DNA of 64,000 nt from Ophelia neglecta (Eukaryota): positions 116,684,001-116,748,000 of the forward strand of contig OZ260661.1 in assembly GCA_965285935.1 (NCBI GenBank), read 5' to 3'. The position numbers were made by a program, and so were the translations under genes. Under the pieces are notes generated by a model, which saw only the letters and a list, made by a program, of their open reading frames with translations, was not told the DNA's origin and made no database searches. Shown here in pieces: positions 20,335 through 32,577 of this stretch; positions within the stretch are counted from its first letter, which is position 1; every line of letters starts with the position of its first letter.

Positions 20335-20640
20335 TTTCTAGTTGAGCCAGATATGGTAGAGCTGATCCCGCAAGGACGTTGAAACAAAACAGGCTTTGAA
20401 AACAATCCCATGTCTTACTGGCAACCAGTGTATCTTTCAGGAGTAATATGGGGCTAATATGGTCACGATTACGAGAGTGTACATTCATGGCCATGTTGAC
20501 AAAAGTCTCGCCAAAGTACGAACAGCAATATGCTTTGGATTCTTTGCAGCTTTTTCGTTCCTCCCTAATTGCAGCCCCGACATAGGCCCACGTGCAACAG
20601 TTAGTCATGAAGGCATGGACCAACTTTTCCAAGGACTCTC
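20335..20640 (-). mobile_element. Degenerate CR1/L2-type LINE 3' fragment
   Basis: EKLVHAFMT...RDHISPIL...LAGSALPYLA matches the typical L2/CR1 ORF2 C-terminal pattern; a related piece lies near 19970-20030. Confidence 0.6.
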
Positions 20641-21560
20641 TAGAGAGTATGGGTCTATGGGATCATGAACTTTTACCTCTGATGGGGGAGAAAAAGCAAA
20701 AAAACGGTATTTTGTACCCATTGACCACCTTTATAATTGTGTCGTCTTTTGTAACCGTTACCCACTGTCCCAGGAAGGAATGCAATTTCGCCCCCAATAT
20801 ATAAGTTACCAATTAATGCAAACCAGAGAGAACAGTTATAACCCTGTTACACATGCAATACGCAAGCTTTATAGTTGGAAAACTGCATAAATAATAAATT
20901 AAAAGTAGGCCTAATAAAAATCAATCCTTAGAAGAAAGAGAAAATCATGCAACGAGACAACTACGTTTATTAAAATTGTTATAATTATTTAATTAACATT
21001 TAAATAGCAAATAATAACTAATAACGTAATAACCAAAAAATATATAATATATATAATTAAATAGTAATATTATAACAATCAAATGATATTTCTAACATTT
21101 ACAACAGAAAAATGACATAAAATGCTATTATATGCTAATCACAATGTTATTTTATTTTATAGCATGTTATATAATTTAATGTAACAAAAAGAAACATTTT
21201 GTGAATCTATAGACGTTGTATCAGGGAAGAATATACCCAGAGATTGGACTCGAGGCATTCGGTCAAAATAAAATGAGCTGCGAATCACGGATCGCACATG
21301 CGCAGAAGTGTCAGTACCTGTATGTAGCAGACAGGCATCTCGCGTCCCTGTGAAAAAATGGGAAGTTCTAAAAAAACTACAATTCAAAACAGTCTAACAT
21401 TAGTATGGCAATATAAGCGTATGAAAATAAAAATATAATAAAAAACAATAACTTGTAAAGTCTTCTAAGACACTACTCAATATATGGTATAGTCATTAAG
21501 GCTATAAATACACAAACTAACGGTAGCTAGTTAAGCGATAAATGAGAAATATTATAGTAA

Positions 21561-21842
21561 GGGACGGACCATTAGATATCTAGGGGGGGGCCAGAGAACT
21601 TGGCTCTAGTTAGGAAATTTTTTTTCATGAATAAAGTTGACAGAAAATTTTTTTTCACCACAGAATCCGCCAGATTATTTTTTTCCTCTATATAATATAT
21701 TTTTTTACTTAAAAATAATAGGCAGATTTTTTTTTTTTTATGTATTTTTCTGGCAGATTATTTATTTTTGAGAAAATCAAAGCCAGAAAATTTATTTTCA
21801 TTTTTTTCTGGCCCCCCCCCTAGATATCTAATGGTCCGTCCC
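21561..21842. mobile_element. PIF/Harbinger-type MITE
   Basis: Near-perfect TIR of about 35 bp (GGGACGGACCATTAGATATCTAGGGGGGGGCCAGA) with TAA on both sides (21558-21560 and 21843-21845). Confidence 0.85.
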
Positions 21843-22022
21843 TAACGAGATCCAAACCATCTATGCCTTTTATTGTATAGAAAAATCTGGCTTAATGGCG
21901 TCTCACGGCCTGCAATATTTATGTGTGATAGCTTACATCTTACATTTGTGCAATTATGTTTGTGAGTTTCAATGGGTCGCTACGATCGCGAAGAGCAAAA
22001 ATAAAGAAAAAAGGGCTTTTGA

Positions 22023-22224
22023 TTAAAAGCGGAGGCGCGGAGCCTTGCGGAGGTCCTCAATTTGAACATAGCATTAGACCTATCAAACCTCTCCCTAACC
22101 CTTCCCCTAACCTTATAATTAACCCTCCGTCGTAACCCTAGCCTTGCTTACAATTATTCACTTCATGCAACTCAGAAATACCCATGACCTCCGCGTCCGC
22201 ATAGCCTCCGCACCTCCGCGTTTA
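22023..22224. mobile_element. TTAA-flanked inverted-repeat element (MITE)
   Basis: ttaaAAGCGGAGGCGCGGAG at the left and CTCCGCACCTCCGCGTttaa at the right form imperfect TIRs around CCTAACC-rich sequence. Confidence 0.5.
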
Positions 22225-22350
22225 AGCAGAAAAAAGAGATAGCATGCGATGTAAAGTGACCACGCCATCTTTCGCTTCCGAGAAAAAACTGCAATCGCGT
22301 GCAAGCAAGGCAGCATTCTTATCCACTGCACACATGAGGGCTGATAGCAT

Positions 22351-22446
22351 ATAGGCCTAAGGATATAGGGCCTACTTGATTATATAACGTGGTCACATAG
22401 GCCTAAGGATATAGGGCCTACTTGATTATATAACGTGGTCACATAG
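22351..22446 (+). repeat. 46-bp tandem duplication
   Basis: ATAGGCCTAAGGATATAGGGCCTACTTGATTATATAACGTGGTCAC occurs twice head to tail. Confidence 0.9.
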
Positions 22447-23298
22447 CCTACTATCATAATAATAAGATCTATTGCGCAAAGGGCAAAAATAATTGGTACT
22501 TTCCTCTATAAATATATGTAGGCCTAGATATAATTTTTCCAGTGGGTGATTTGGTTTTTATGACCCCCCCCCCCCCCTCCGCCCACTGGAGGGTGTCACA
22601 AGTTTCGACCAGTCTCGAAACATTGCATAATGACATGGAAAGGGGTAGCTATAATGTCGCATTTTTCGCAGTTCAGAATATTACAGCTAGAGCGAGTCTA
22701 CCTAGTTCAGTAGGCCCTACTACTTACAAAAAAATGGTCCTGCTGGTGTTGACACGAATTTCCGTGTGGTGCCCGTTTTTTATAAACTGCAACTTCCTGG
22801 TTGGTGTCAACTTTATTTTAAAAGATGCGTCATTGGTGACAATGCAATAGTGATCGTGTTTAATGTCAGTCCTGCCATATCCCTTAAATACAGCTTGGTA
22901 TAGGTGATTCTTGGCAATTATCTGATTATAGGCCTATATAGGATTGGAAAAAACAACAAGAGAGGTTATCGCATAACTAGTAGCATAGGAGAAAATGGCA
23001 GATTTTGGTACGAATTATTTTTGCATATTTATTTTCTATTGGTCTCAAGTGAAAGCCTTCACATGGGTGTGTCTTAGTGAAAGTTAAATGCATCACACAC
23101 CTGAACTTTAACTACTTAGCTTGCACCCCCGTCACTGTGCCACTGATATCATGTATCACTTCATCCTACGTTATTAAGAGAGCTGTCCAACATATTACAG
23201 GGGAATTCGCGGAACTGCATCGAGGCAAGGTTCACTTCTGAGTTACTAGAGTTACTAGCGCAACTCTATTAACAAGAGTAACTCTACCATGGTAGACC

Positions 23299-24174
23299 CA
23301 CAGTGGTTATTCTGATTTATCACGATTCCGGGTTTCACGGATTGTTGTTCACATCTCAACGTCTGCAGGGCGCAGCAACTTCCGGTGGCATTGTTGACAC
23401 TAAAGGTAAGGTATATTTCGGTGGCATCTTGGACATCTTAGTGGACACGTCAGGTGTTTATATTCGATACAAATGACAAGTACGTGTCACCGAAACACTG
23501 GTATAAACATTTAGTCCCGCTCGTTCACCGAACATTATCAAATTTCAATGATTTCACAGTCGGTCGTTACTTTCTAGCTCCCGGCAGTTTCAAAGCCCGA
23601 TTTGTTTAATTGTACTGTCTTATAGAGGCAAGGGATCATTTCCACAGCTTCCTAGGATCTTTAAACAATAAACTGTATCTAGAACCAATATCGTCTGCAG
23701 TAGAGTCATATTTGTCCGGTGTTAACAATTTTAAGATGTGCACAATGGGCTTAGCATGCTGCAATCCCGATTCCGGGTTTGAACAGAAAATGATTATCAC
23801 AATGGGACCAGTGTATAACGGCATTTCATTCTATGTTTTGTGATGTGCACAATGGACCTAGTAGAATGCATTGTCATCAAATACACATTTTCTGGTTGCA
23901 TTCTACTATGTAATGGCGAAATCATTGAAATTTGATAATGTTCGGTGAACAGGCGGGACTAGATGTTTATACCAGTGTTTCGGTGACATGTACTTGTCTT
24001 TTGTATCGAATATAAAGACTTGACGTGTCCACTAAGATGTCCAAGATGCCACCGAAATATACCTTACCTTTGGTGTCAACAATGCCACCGGAAGTTGCTG
24101 CGCCCTGCAGACGTTGAGATGTGAACAACAATCCGTGAAACCCGGAATCGCGATAAATCAGAATAACCACTGTG
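23299..24174. mobile_element. Non-autonomous Transib/RAG-like element with TIRs of about 257 bp
   Basis: Inverted repeats 23299-23555 and 23918-24174 begin CACAGTGG. A 5-bp TSD AGACC is at 23294-23298 and 24175-24179. Confidence 0.85.
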
Positions 24175-25064
24175 AGACCCGCCCAAAGTCAGCCAGGGTA
24201 GCTAACATGGGTTGACAACTTGAGCCGATATTTGCAATATTTTTCCAGAAATGTGGGTGTCGGAATCATCGATAAACGTGGCAGCCAAAACGTGTTATTG
24301 TGACTGGGGCATCCGGTGAATCTGCCCTAACTACAGGGTTAGGGTTTTTTCTCCTGTTCCTCCCAGCCAGTGCCAACCTTCAATACCTCCTTCACCACCC
24401 TGGGTACTGACTGTTTTTCAACTCATAAATTATCCAGTAGAGCTAGCTAGGGGTGGTAATGGGGAGGGGGGTTGTATCTTGGTAGCTTATTTTGTCTAGA
24501 TAATTATAAGTTAACATATTGGAGAGTGATACTTGAAGCACTACGGCTTTTGGAAAGCCAAAAGTTTCGAAATGTTTTGATGCTGATTTTAGTGGCTTTT
24601 ACATTGCATGCTGGAAAGCTGGTGTTAAGGAGACAAGTTTAATTAAAGGTACCTATGTTAGAGTGTCATGGAGCAGTTAACTGGCACAGATCCAGATTAA
24701 TTTTACATTTGGTATATATTTCAACTCCCACTTTTGATGTTCAAAGTGCTAGGAATTCCTAAAATAGGCTCATAGTTTTACTAATCTGTATTTGAAATAA
24801 TGCTCTAACACCATATGTCACTGGAATTAGTTTTATAGCATTGCCGAGCTTCTCCCTTTTCATAAAATATACAGCTTTGAGGATTTTTAGGTTTTTTTTC
24901 TATAATGCCTCCATTGTAGGTCTAATTAATGAACCATTGGATAATTGGTTATTCTTCTGGCAATTTACAGGCTTCAAATCTGCATATCTGTTTGTTACCC
25001 AAATTTTAATAGTGTACACTAATTACCGATAAAATATCTAGTAAATTACTATATATTTTCAGTA

Positions 25065-25241
25065 CAGTGGTCCCTGTGATGTAGGGCCACCTCTAAATTC
25101 AAGGAAAATGGCCCTACATTGCAGGTGGCCTTTCATCAGAGGTTCTTTTATATGGTGAAGATAGGACATAGGAATTAAAAAACTGTCCTGCCATTGCAGG
25201 TGGCCTTTCATCGGAGGGGCCCTACATCGCAGGGACCACTG
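25065..25241. mobile_element. TA-flanked Tc1/mariner-type MITE
   Basis: ta|CAGTGGTCCCTGTGATGTAGGGCC ... GGCCCTACATCGCAGGGACCACTG|ta; a related copy is at about 46768-46940. Confidence 0.8.
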
Positions 25242-25639
25242 TAGAAGTTTAAAAATCAATTATAATTAGATGTGGGAATTCTCTCAAAAATACCAGCCCT
25301 CCTTAATTTTTGATAGGGATAGATGAAATATTCATCATCCCGCATTACATTTTCCCATGCTTTGTGCTTAACAATTTTCAATATGCAGGTTGTTTAATAC
25401 CATTATTTTAAGGCACAGGTATAGTTTCTTTTTAAATTTCACAGATAACTTTTTTTTACATGTAGATTTTCTTTTTTATTGTTGCAAAAAAGCCTCTCCC
25501 AGTAAATAAGATAGACTACTGCTCATAAAAATATGTATGATATATTAACTGCGATGGCTCATCTTGTTTTAACCCTCCTCCCCCCCCCCCTCCCCCTCCT
25601 CCCTCCCCTTCCTTTCCTTGTTTTATCCCCCCCCCCTCC

Positions 25640-25840
25640 CGGTGGCAGATCCAGGATTTCAGGAACCGGGGGGGGGTGACAAGGCAAACAAATGTTTGGA
25701 TCGTTCCCATAACCAACCCTCTGAAACCACCTTGCGTGGGTCCAGAAATAGGCCCTGGTCCAGGCCCACTTTTTGGCAAAGGGAGGGGGGGGGGAGGGGG
25801 GGAGGGGGGGGGAGGGGGCAGGCCCCCTGAATCTGCCACT
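25640..25840. mobile_element. G/C-run-rich MITE (hAT-like ends)
   Basis: GTGGCAGATCCAGG and CCTGAATCTGCCAC form inverted ends; no clear TSD. Confidence 0.45.
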
Positions 25841-26079
25841 ACCTCTCCTTCCTTATGGGAGAGTGTCAAAATTCCATATGAAAATGAGGATGTGATGGTG
25901 GGGGAAGGGGGAGTCAATTTGGTTAACAAGGAGGGGGGTTTAAGGATGTTGAAAAGTTCATACTTAGGTGCTAAGTACTTCTAGATAAAACACCCATAAT
26001 ATATGTGTTTCATGGATTCATATTATACTGCATTCTGTCACAGCCAAATGGTTTTACTCAGATTATTCTTTCCTTTCAG

Positions 26080-26621
26080 AGGACCAGGAATTGGCACCTT
26101 ACTATAATAAACTTCAAAAGACTTTGAAATTTATCCGATTTCCGTATGGTGCTTCTAAGGTATTGGACTTTTTGTATGTGGGAGGTGATGAAGAGGCCAA
26201 CAACAAAACTATGCTGAGAGAAATTGGAATAACACATGTAGTGAATTGTGCCTCTGGATACTGCTACACAGGCCAGGAGTTCTATGGGGATGATTTCAAA
26301 TATATGGGATTCAACGCTGAAGATGAGCCTGGGTATGATATAATGCAGCACTTTGATGAAGTGTTCAACTTTATTGAGGATGCTAGGAAGACAGGAGGAA
26401 AGGCGTTTGTACACTGCTTAATGGGGGTGAATCGTAGCTGTGCCTTGGTTGTAGCCTATGTCATGAAACACAAGAACATTGGACCTCTCTCGGCTGTTAA
26501 TCAAGTGAGACAAGCCAGAGGCTCAATATTGTTTAATGAGAGTTTCCAAATTCAAGTGTTAGCATTTGCCAGAGATAAGGGCCTTTTGACTCTGGACAAG
26601 GAACTACTGATATTAAAATAG
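26080..26621 (+). CDS. Atypical dual-specificity protein phosphatase, copy 1 (terminal exon; upstream exon possibly 22995-23007)
   Basis: Acceptor tttcctttcag at 26079; motifs SKVLDFLYVG, GITHVVNC, AEDEPGYDI and catalytic VHCLMGVNRS (Cx5R). Confidence 0.9.
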
Positions 26622-28871
26622 AAATTAAATTTTTGATTTAATACACACAAGTATCCAAAAGAAAATATTTGAAAACTACTTCATTTATATCTGAATCACT
26701 AAATGCAGGACTTATCAATGAAACTTTGTATGCAGTCACTGGACAAATTATAAGAGGTCACATTAAACTTAACGGTTCACCATACCACAGATGTACATTA
26801 ACAATGGCAGTGATATCCTATTGTGAACATGCTATATTCTGCAATAGATGTCTATATGTATTAGACATAAATTTTATACCAAGTATTTTTTGGGGATTTT
26901 GTTGATTATCATGCCTAAAACCTATTTTATAGTGTTGTAATATAGTTCATGTTTGACGTTTCCTTATTTACAGACCCTCTATTCTTGCTCGATTGAGCAA
27001 GTTTTCAATGTTTCATAGTGATTTAATTTTTATAGTAGTGTGTACTTATATATACATGTATGTAGATAATCAATTGATCAAGTATTAGCAATGATTTATA
27101 TTTATATATACAGTATCTGACACAATAGCTTATTTAATTAGGTTCTGAATTTGCCATTAAAAGAAACAAAATGTGTTTATTTGCATTATACTAGTGTTTT
27201 ACAGTAAGATTTGTATATTTTATTGGTGTGTTTATTTATTAGGAATTTACAGTTAAGTTTTCTGTGATGATTTTTTTCACTAACTCTAATCGGTCTGGAT
27301 CTAAACCATTGAGACCACCAATGAAAAAAGGGTGAATACAGATGCTATCTGAATCAATGTTTGTGATATTATAAGTGTACTTGTTGTAAATTCTGCAGCC
27401 CTTATAAACTGAGCCACCAGGTGCGGAGGCTCTGGGAAACCAGAGTGAAAACTAAAAGTCCTTTCAAATATGAATTTGTTATAGTGAATGGTATTAGTTT
27501 GATTGTTCTTTAATTATTGCTTGATTATTCTTTATGATGGTTGAAGATACTAGTAATTGTTTGCAGTATCATATGATAAGAAACAAAACAATGCACATTT
27601 GCTTGGCATTGCATTAGCTGACTGTAAAGATGAGTGTGTCTTGGCACACTCATTGTACAATTCACTTTTGTAAGGGAAGCCCGAATCATCAGGCCCATTT
27701 ATTCTGCATTTTATCAAAAACTGGAGGAAAAGCATCTTTTTGGCTGGTTTTGTGCTGGAGTAGGATTGGTCAGGTTAATTTGAATCAAAATACTTTTTTT
27801 ATGTGAGGGTTGGAATCTTTAAGAGTCGGTCAGCTTATATAAGAACTTCAGGCTTAAAAACAAATGTTGATAGTTTTTAGATTTAATACATTTTACCCAG
27901 TCAAAGATTCGGTTGTACAAATATCTTGATTTTGGAATGTTCAGCTTTGTGAACTGAATGGTTTACATGCTATTGTAAAAATGTTGACACCAATTATTAT
28001 GTTTTTAATTGCTGGATCATTGTCATCTGGTAGAACTTAAGATGATGTTGGCGTAAACTAGGAAAACTGTACCCTTAACGGTACAAATTGGGAACCTGGT
28101 AACCTGTTTTCATCTAATAATGGAGAGCATCACTTTTACTGGTGTACTTGGTTCTGGCTTATGTCATTTTTCTGTGCATTGATTGGTAAATTGTTGTAAA
28201 ATTGAATACTTGCTGTCATATACAGTATTTACATAAAACAAGATTTATAATATTTATTTTCATTTTTATATAACGTTATGGACTTAATAAGCATCATTTG
28301 ATCCTGTGTTTGTGTTAAGATGTTGAAATAAATTCTATGATAATTAAACCAAATCATTCTGTTTATGTCTCCATCCCATCTATTAAGAAGAATAGGCTGG
28401 TTCAGCGGCCATTTAAATCCCCGCCACGGGCTGGACCTTAAGAAATCCCTTTTTATGCACTAAAGTATTTTATTCTGGCTGATACCAGGGACCAGCATAG
28501 GAGTATTCCCAGCTGATACCTGTATATGCAAATTCCCCATGCCAGTCTTTGGTATTACCTAGGAGAAAAAGGATTGCACTATTTTGCCGAAGCCGTCTAT
28601 TTCCTCTATGGTAAAAGCTGCAAGTCATGCCTTGTTCACTGCGTGGCAATTGCAAATTTTATGTTATTTGCTGAGAAACTTAAAATAACGACAACTGAAC
28701 ATAATTATCACTAGGTTGTTGCTGTGTGTTCTTATTGTGCAAAATAGTGTCTGCGAGAGCTAGTCAGCAAGACCAATGGGGCCAAACCCTGTAGTAGGAC
28801 TTTCTATAACAAAGGATAGAAATGGAACTATATCAGGCACAGTTTCATCACTAACTTTTTTTAAATTACAG

Positions 28872-29731
28872 AGGAGCTTCCAAATAGCTTTGCAGATGAA
28901 GAACTGATACCATACATTAAAGGACTAAAAAGTATCCTCAGATATGATGTACTCTTGCAAACAGGAGCTTCTAAGGTGCTAGATTACCTGTGGGTTGGCT
29001 CCATATATGAAGCGGAAGATGTCTCTTTGTTGGCCAAGTTGGGAATTACCCATGTAATCAACTGCTGTTCAGAGTATGATATATTATAAAAGCTTATTTA
29101 AGCCACTCTTTACAAATAAACAGATCTGCTGTTAAAACCCTTATATTTCACAAGCCCCTTATTTCACAAATTTTGCAAGTAGATCCGCGATAATAAGAGG
29201 CCCAGTGAGGAGCTATTGTAGATGCCTCTAAAATGATAAATTACCGTAAAGGGTAGTGAAATAATTTGTTCTAAAACTGCAAATATTAGGTGCTACACAA
29301 CTAATGGGTTTTACAGTAAAATAAAAATCAGTTATTTAAGATAAGTAATAATATTTTTTTAAATATTCAGATGTGTACAAACTGGACCAGACTTTTATGG
29401 AGACTCCATCCAGTATTTCGGTTTTCATGCACAGGATGATGACAATTACAATATCATGATCCATTTTGATGAGGTGTACAAGTTCATTGAACTAGCCAGA
29501 GAAGATGGAGGAAATGTATTTGTACACTGCTCAGCAGGAAGTAATCGCAGTGTAGCGCTTGTCGTTGCCTATGTCATGGTTCACAAACAGATTGGTCCAC
29601 TCTCAGCTGTAAAGTTGGTACATGAAGTCCGAAAATTGATTTTGACAAATGTGGCATTTCAAGCACAGATTCTCCTGCTTGCTAGAGAAAAGGGTTTGCT
29701 ATACCTGGACAAACATTTAATAGACAAGTGA
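28872..29731 (+). CDS. Atypical dual-specificity protein phosphatase, copy 2 (exons 28872-29073 and 29371-29731; start exon upstream)
   Basis: Motifs SKVLDYLWVG, GITHVINC, AQDDDNYNI and VHCSAGSNRS; the GT-AG intron 29074-29370 restores the frame. Confidence 0.9.
29129..29316. mobile_element. MITE-like inverted-repeat element in the DUSP copy 2 intron
   Basis: CTGTTAAAACCC and GGGTTTTACAG form inverted ends. Confidence 0.45.
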
Positions 29732-32577
29732 TTAAAGTACAGACAGAACTAGTTGTAACAAGCAAAAAACTACTGATGTTCCGGTTGACAATTATTTAAT
29801 CAGAAGGAGGGGGCTCAGTCCCCCGTCCGGAGTGAATCTATACCTTCACCATTATAAATGTCACACACTGTACTCTAGCCAATAAATTTTCTATATATTT
29901 TCCACATTAGACTTCCTAAAGTACTGTTTTTTGTAAACACATTCCTACTAGTTGTAAACACAAAAAATGAATCTTGCATTTGGTATCAATAACATTTTTT
30001 ATTTCAGGCATTATACAGGCAATTACTTACATAAATTTACATTCATCAACTTATTTCCAAAATATATACAAATCATGCTGTACAAAATGTCATGTAGTGT
30101 TATACAGTCACCTGATCATCCCAGGCATAGGGAAGTCGAATTTTATATGTCTTAAAACTGCTTAAAAATTACTGTATGGGCTGAAATACAAAAACAATCC
30201 ATCATTATTGGTACATTTTTTTTTCAACATTTTAGGAATATCTACACTGACAAGTAAAAAGTTATGAAATATTAGTCATATATCAATAAACTTTACATAT
30301 CCTCTGTGATTATCAAAAGAACAAGGTATGAAATATTAGACAACATTACACACCTCCAATACACATTCAGTGATTAATACAGAGAAACATCTCTTGTTAG
30401 GGGAATTGAGTCTGCATTAAAAGTAACAAACTTAAGCATGATTTAACAAGTTAATAATGAGCCGCCTGGAAGTAGTGTCAAAACAATCCATGAACCATTT
30501 TGGTAAAAAAAAGGATATCTTAAATACGTGCTGTAAATGACATAAATTATACCAGCGGGTAAGTAACCTGGGTACACTGAAACAACACAAGGGTGTGTCT
30601 ATGTGCATCTAGCTCTGCGTCGTGACAGCAATAGATATTCTTCATCATATCAGTGCACAGTGCTGGTTAACAGTAGCCTTGATTAGTATACTGTTTGACT
30701 TCTGCTTCTTTAATAGCTATTCCACTGCCTATATGCCTTAATCCACTAAGCAAGTGGACAGATTTTTGGCATAACTTAAACTCGGCAGTATACATCCAAA
30801 TCGAAATAAATTGGCATACAAAGCTTTTGCGGAGAGAGTTAACATGCTCCGCCTGACTCTTCTTTTAATTTTGTACGTATTCCTTCACATTCTATTCAAA
30901 TTCAACTGAAACATTTGCTTCCTTCTTTCATATGTAAGATGCATATTCATGACCTAGGCAAAAAATGTTTATACATCATATTTTCGTTCAACGCAGCAAA
31001 TCTTACATTAAACATGTTTTTATCGTATCATTTTAAAACCCACATTCAGGATTAATATCTAAGGTGTTGAGCTTCTCCACAAAACGTTGTGTACTCAGCA
31101 ACAGTTGTACAAATATATATTTTTAATATCATATGTATTTGTTGCACATTATTTGTTATTAGTATTTATTGCAACAATGTTAAGTTTCAAGTAGCACATA
31201 CATGTTCAATTATTATTTAAGTCTGTTCACTTTGATGTCCCATACGCAATGTTTATTCTTTTGTACTTGACATGAGTACACGTAGCCCATGCATTGAGTA
31301 CCGGCGTTCGTATTTACATGAATATGAATACTTCCATTATAATGTTATACTACTTGTTAATCATAACTTCATGCTTGGTAATTAAACATTGAATTGAAAA
31401 TACAAAGCAAAGTCAATTATTTTCTTCTATTTTTGTAGCCTTTCTTGCCTTCTAATTTATTGACAGTTGATTGGTGTGACCTTATTATATAAAAATTGTG
31501 CTAATGAAAACTTTTATTATGATTATTGTATTTCCTATCCATTTGATTTCCGCAGTATAAAATCTTACATTGATTTTCCAATACCTGTTAAATAATTTTG
31601 TTATATTTGCATGCTTCTTTTTTGAGTTAAAATTTGATGAACACATTGCACTAGTCTAATTACAATGTAGATCAAGCATATAACTATAATCAATATGCCT
31701 TTTCTTTCTTTGCAATTGTAAACCTAAAACTTTATTCATTATTACATGTGCATGTATACCAACTGATATTATTATTGTGAAGGCACATTTTATTAAACTA
31801 TACATACCTTCAATTTTGCTGCCCTAGAGCATGCCCCTTTTGATACCAGCTGTGATAGACTCCATGTTGCTTAAGGGCTTTTCCAGAAATTGATAGTCTT
31901 GCTAGAAATGACACCTCCCCCAACCCTTGGACACATATGACTAGTGAATTAGTACTCACTCTACTATCAGGCAACGCTGCTTGGTAGGTCATCAAAATAT
32001 ATCTACCTTTATGATAAGGTGTCTGCATTTTTATGCCAAGGTAGACCCCTCACAGAACATTTGCAATTTGCATTCGAATCCTTTTTTTTACCTTATTTGT
32101 TCATTTTGTAAAGATTAGCAGTGAAATATACCTTTTGAAAAACAATGATGCCTGAGATCCTTTTTTTGTCACAGCAACCATCCTCCTCCGGACATATAAC
32201 ATCCTTGAGGCCCCCCCACCCCCGATATAGAAAAGTGAATACCCTCTCTAAAAGGGCAAAAATTTGCTCCCCCCCCCCAGGATAAATCTGGAAAAACCCA
32301 GATAAATTCTGGATAATCCCTTAGCCAAGGATTAGGCAAACTGGTGGAGTAAATGGCATTTGATAATACCTGAGCTACAGCTGATATCATGAAAAGATAT
32401 CTGAGATAGGATTATCACAATAAAGCAAAGCTCTGGAAGGGAATATCACAAACATGCAGATCCATCTTCTCAAGGTATATCTACTAGGACCAACCACACT
32501 TTCTCTTGCCACTAGCTCCTTATATTTTATAGAAAAATGTGTATAACCATAGTCAAGAATATCAACCTATTTTCAGC

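Noticed and set aside
23299-23345. Full V(D)J-type RSS (heptamer, spacer, nonamer)
   Set aside because: The heptamer is present but there is no ACAAAAACC-like nonamer at 12 or 23 bp spacing
25516-25984. Pro/Gly-rich ORFs
   Set aside because: Produced by poly-G and poly-C runs in and around a MITE
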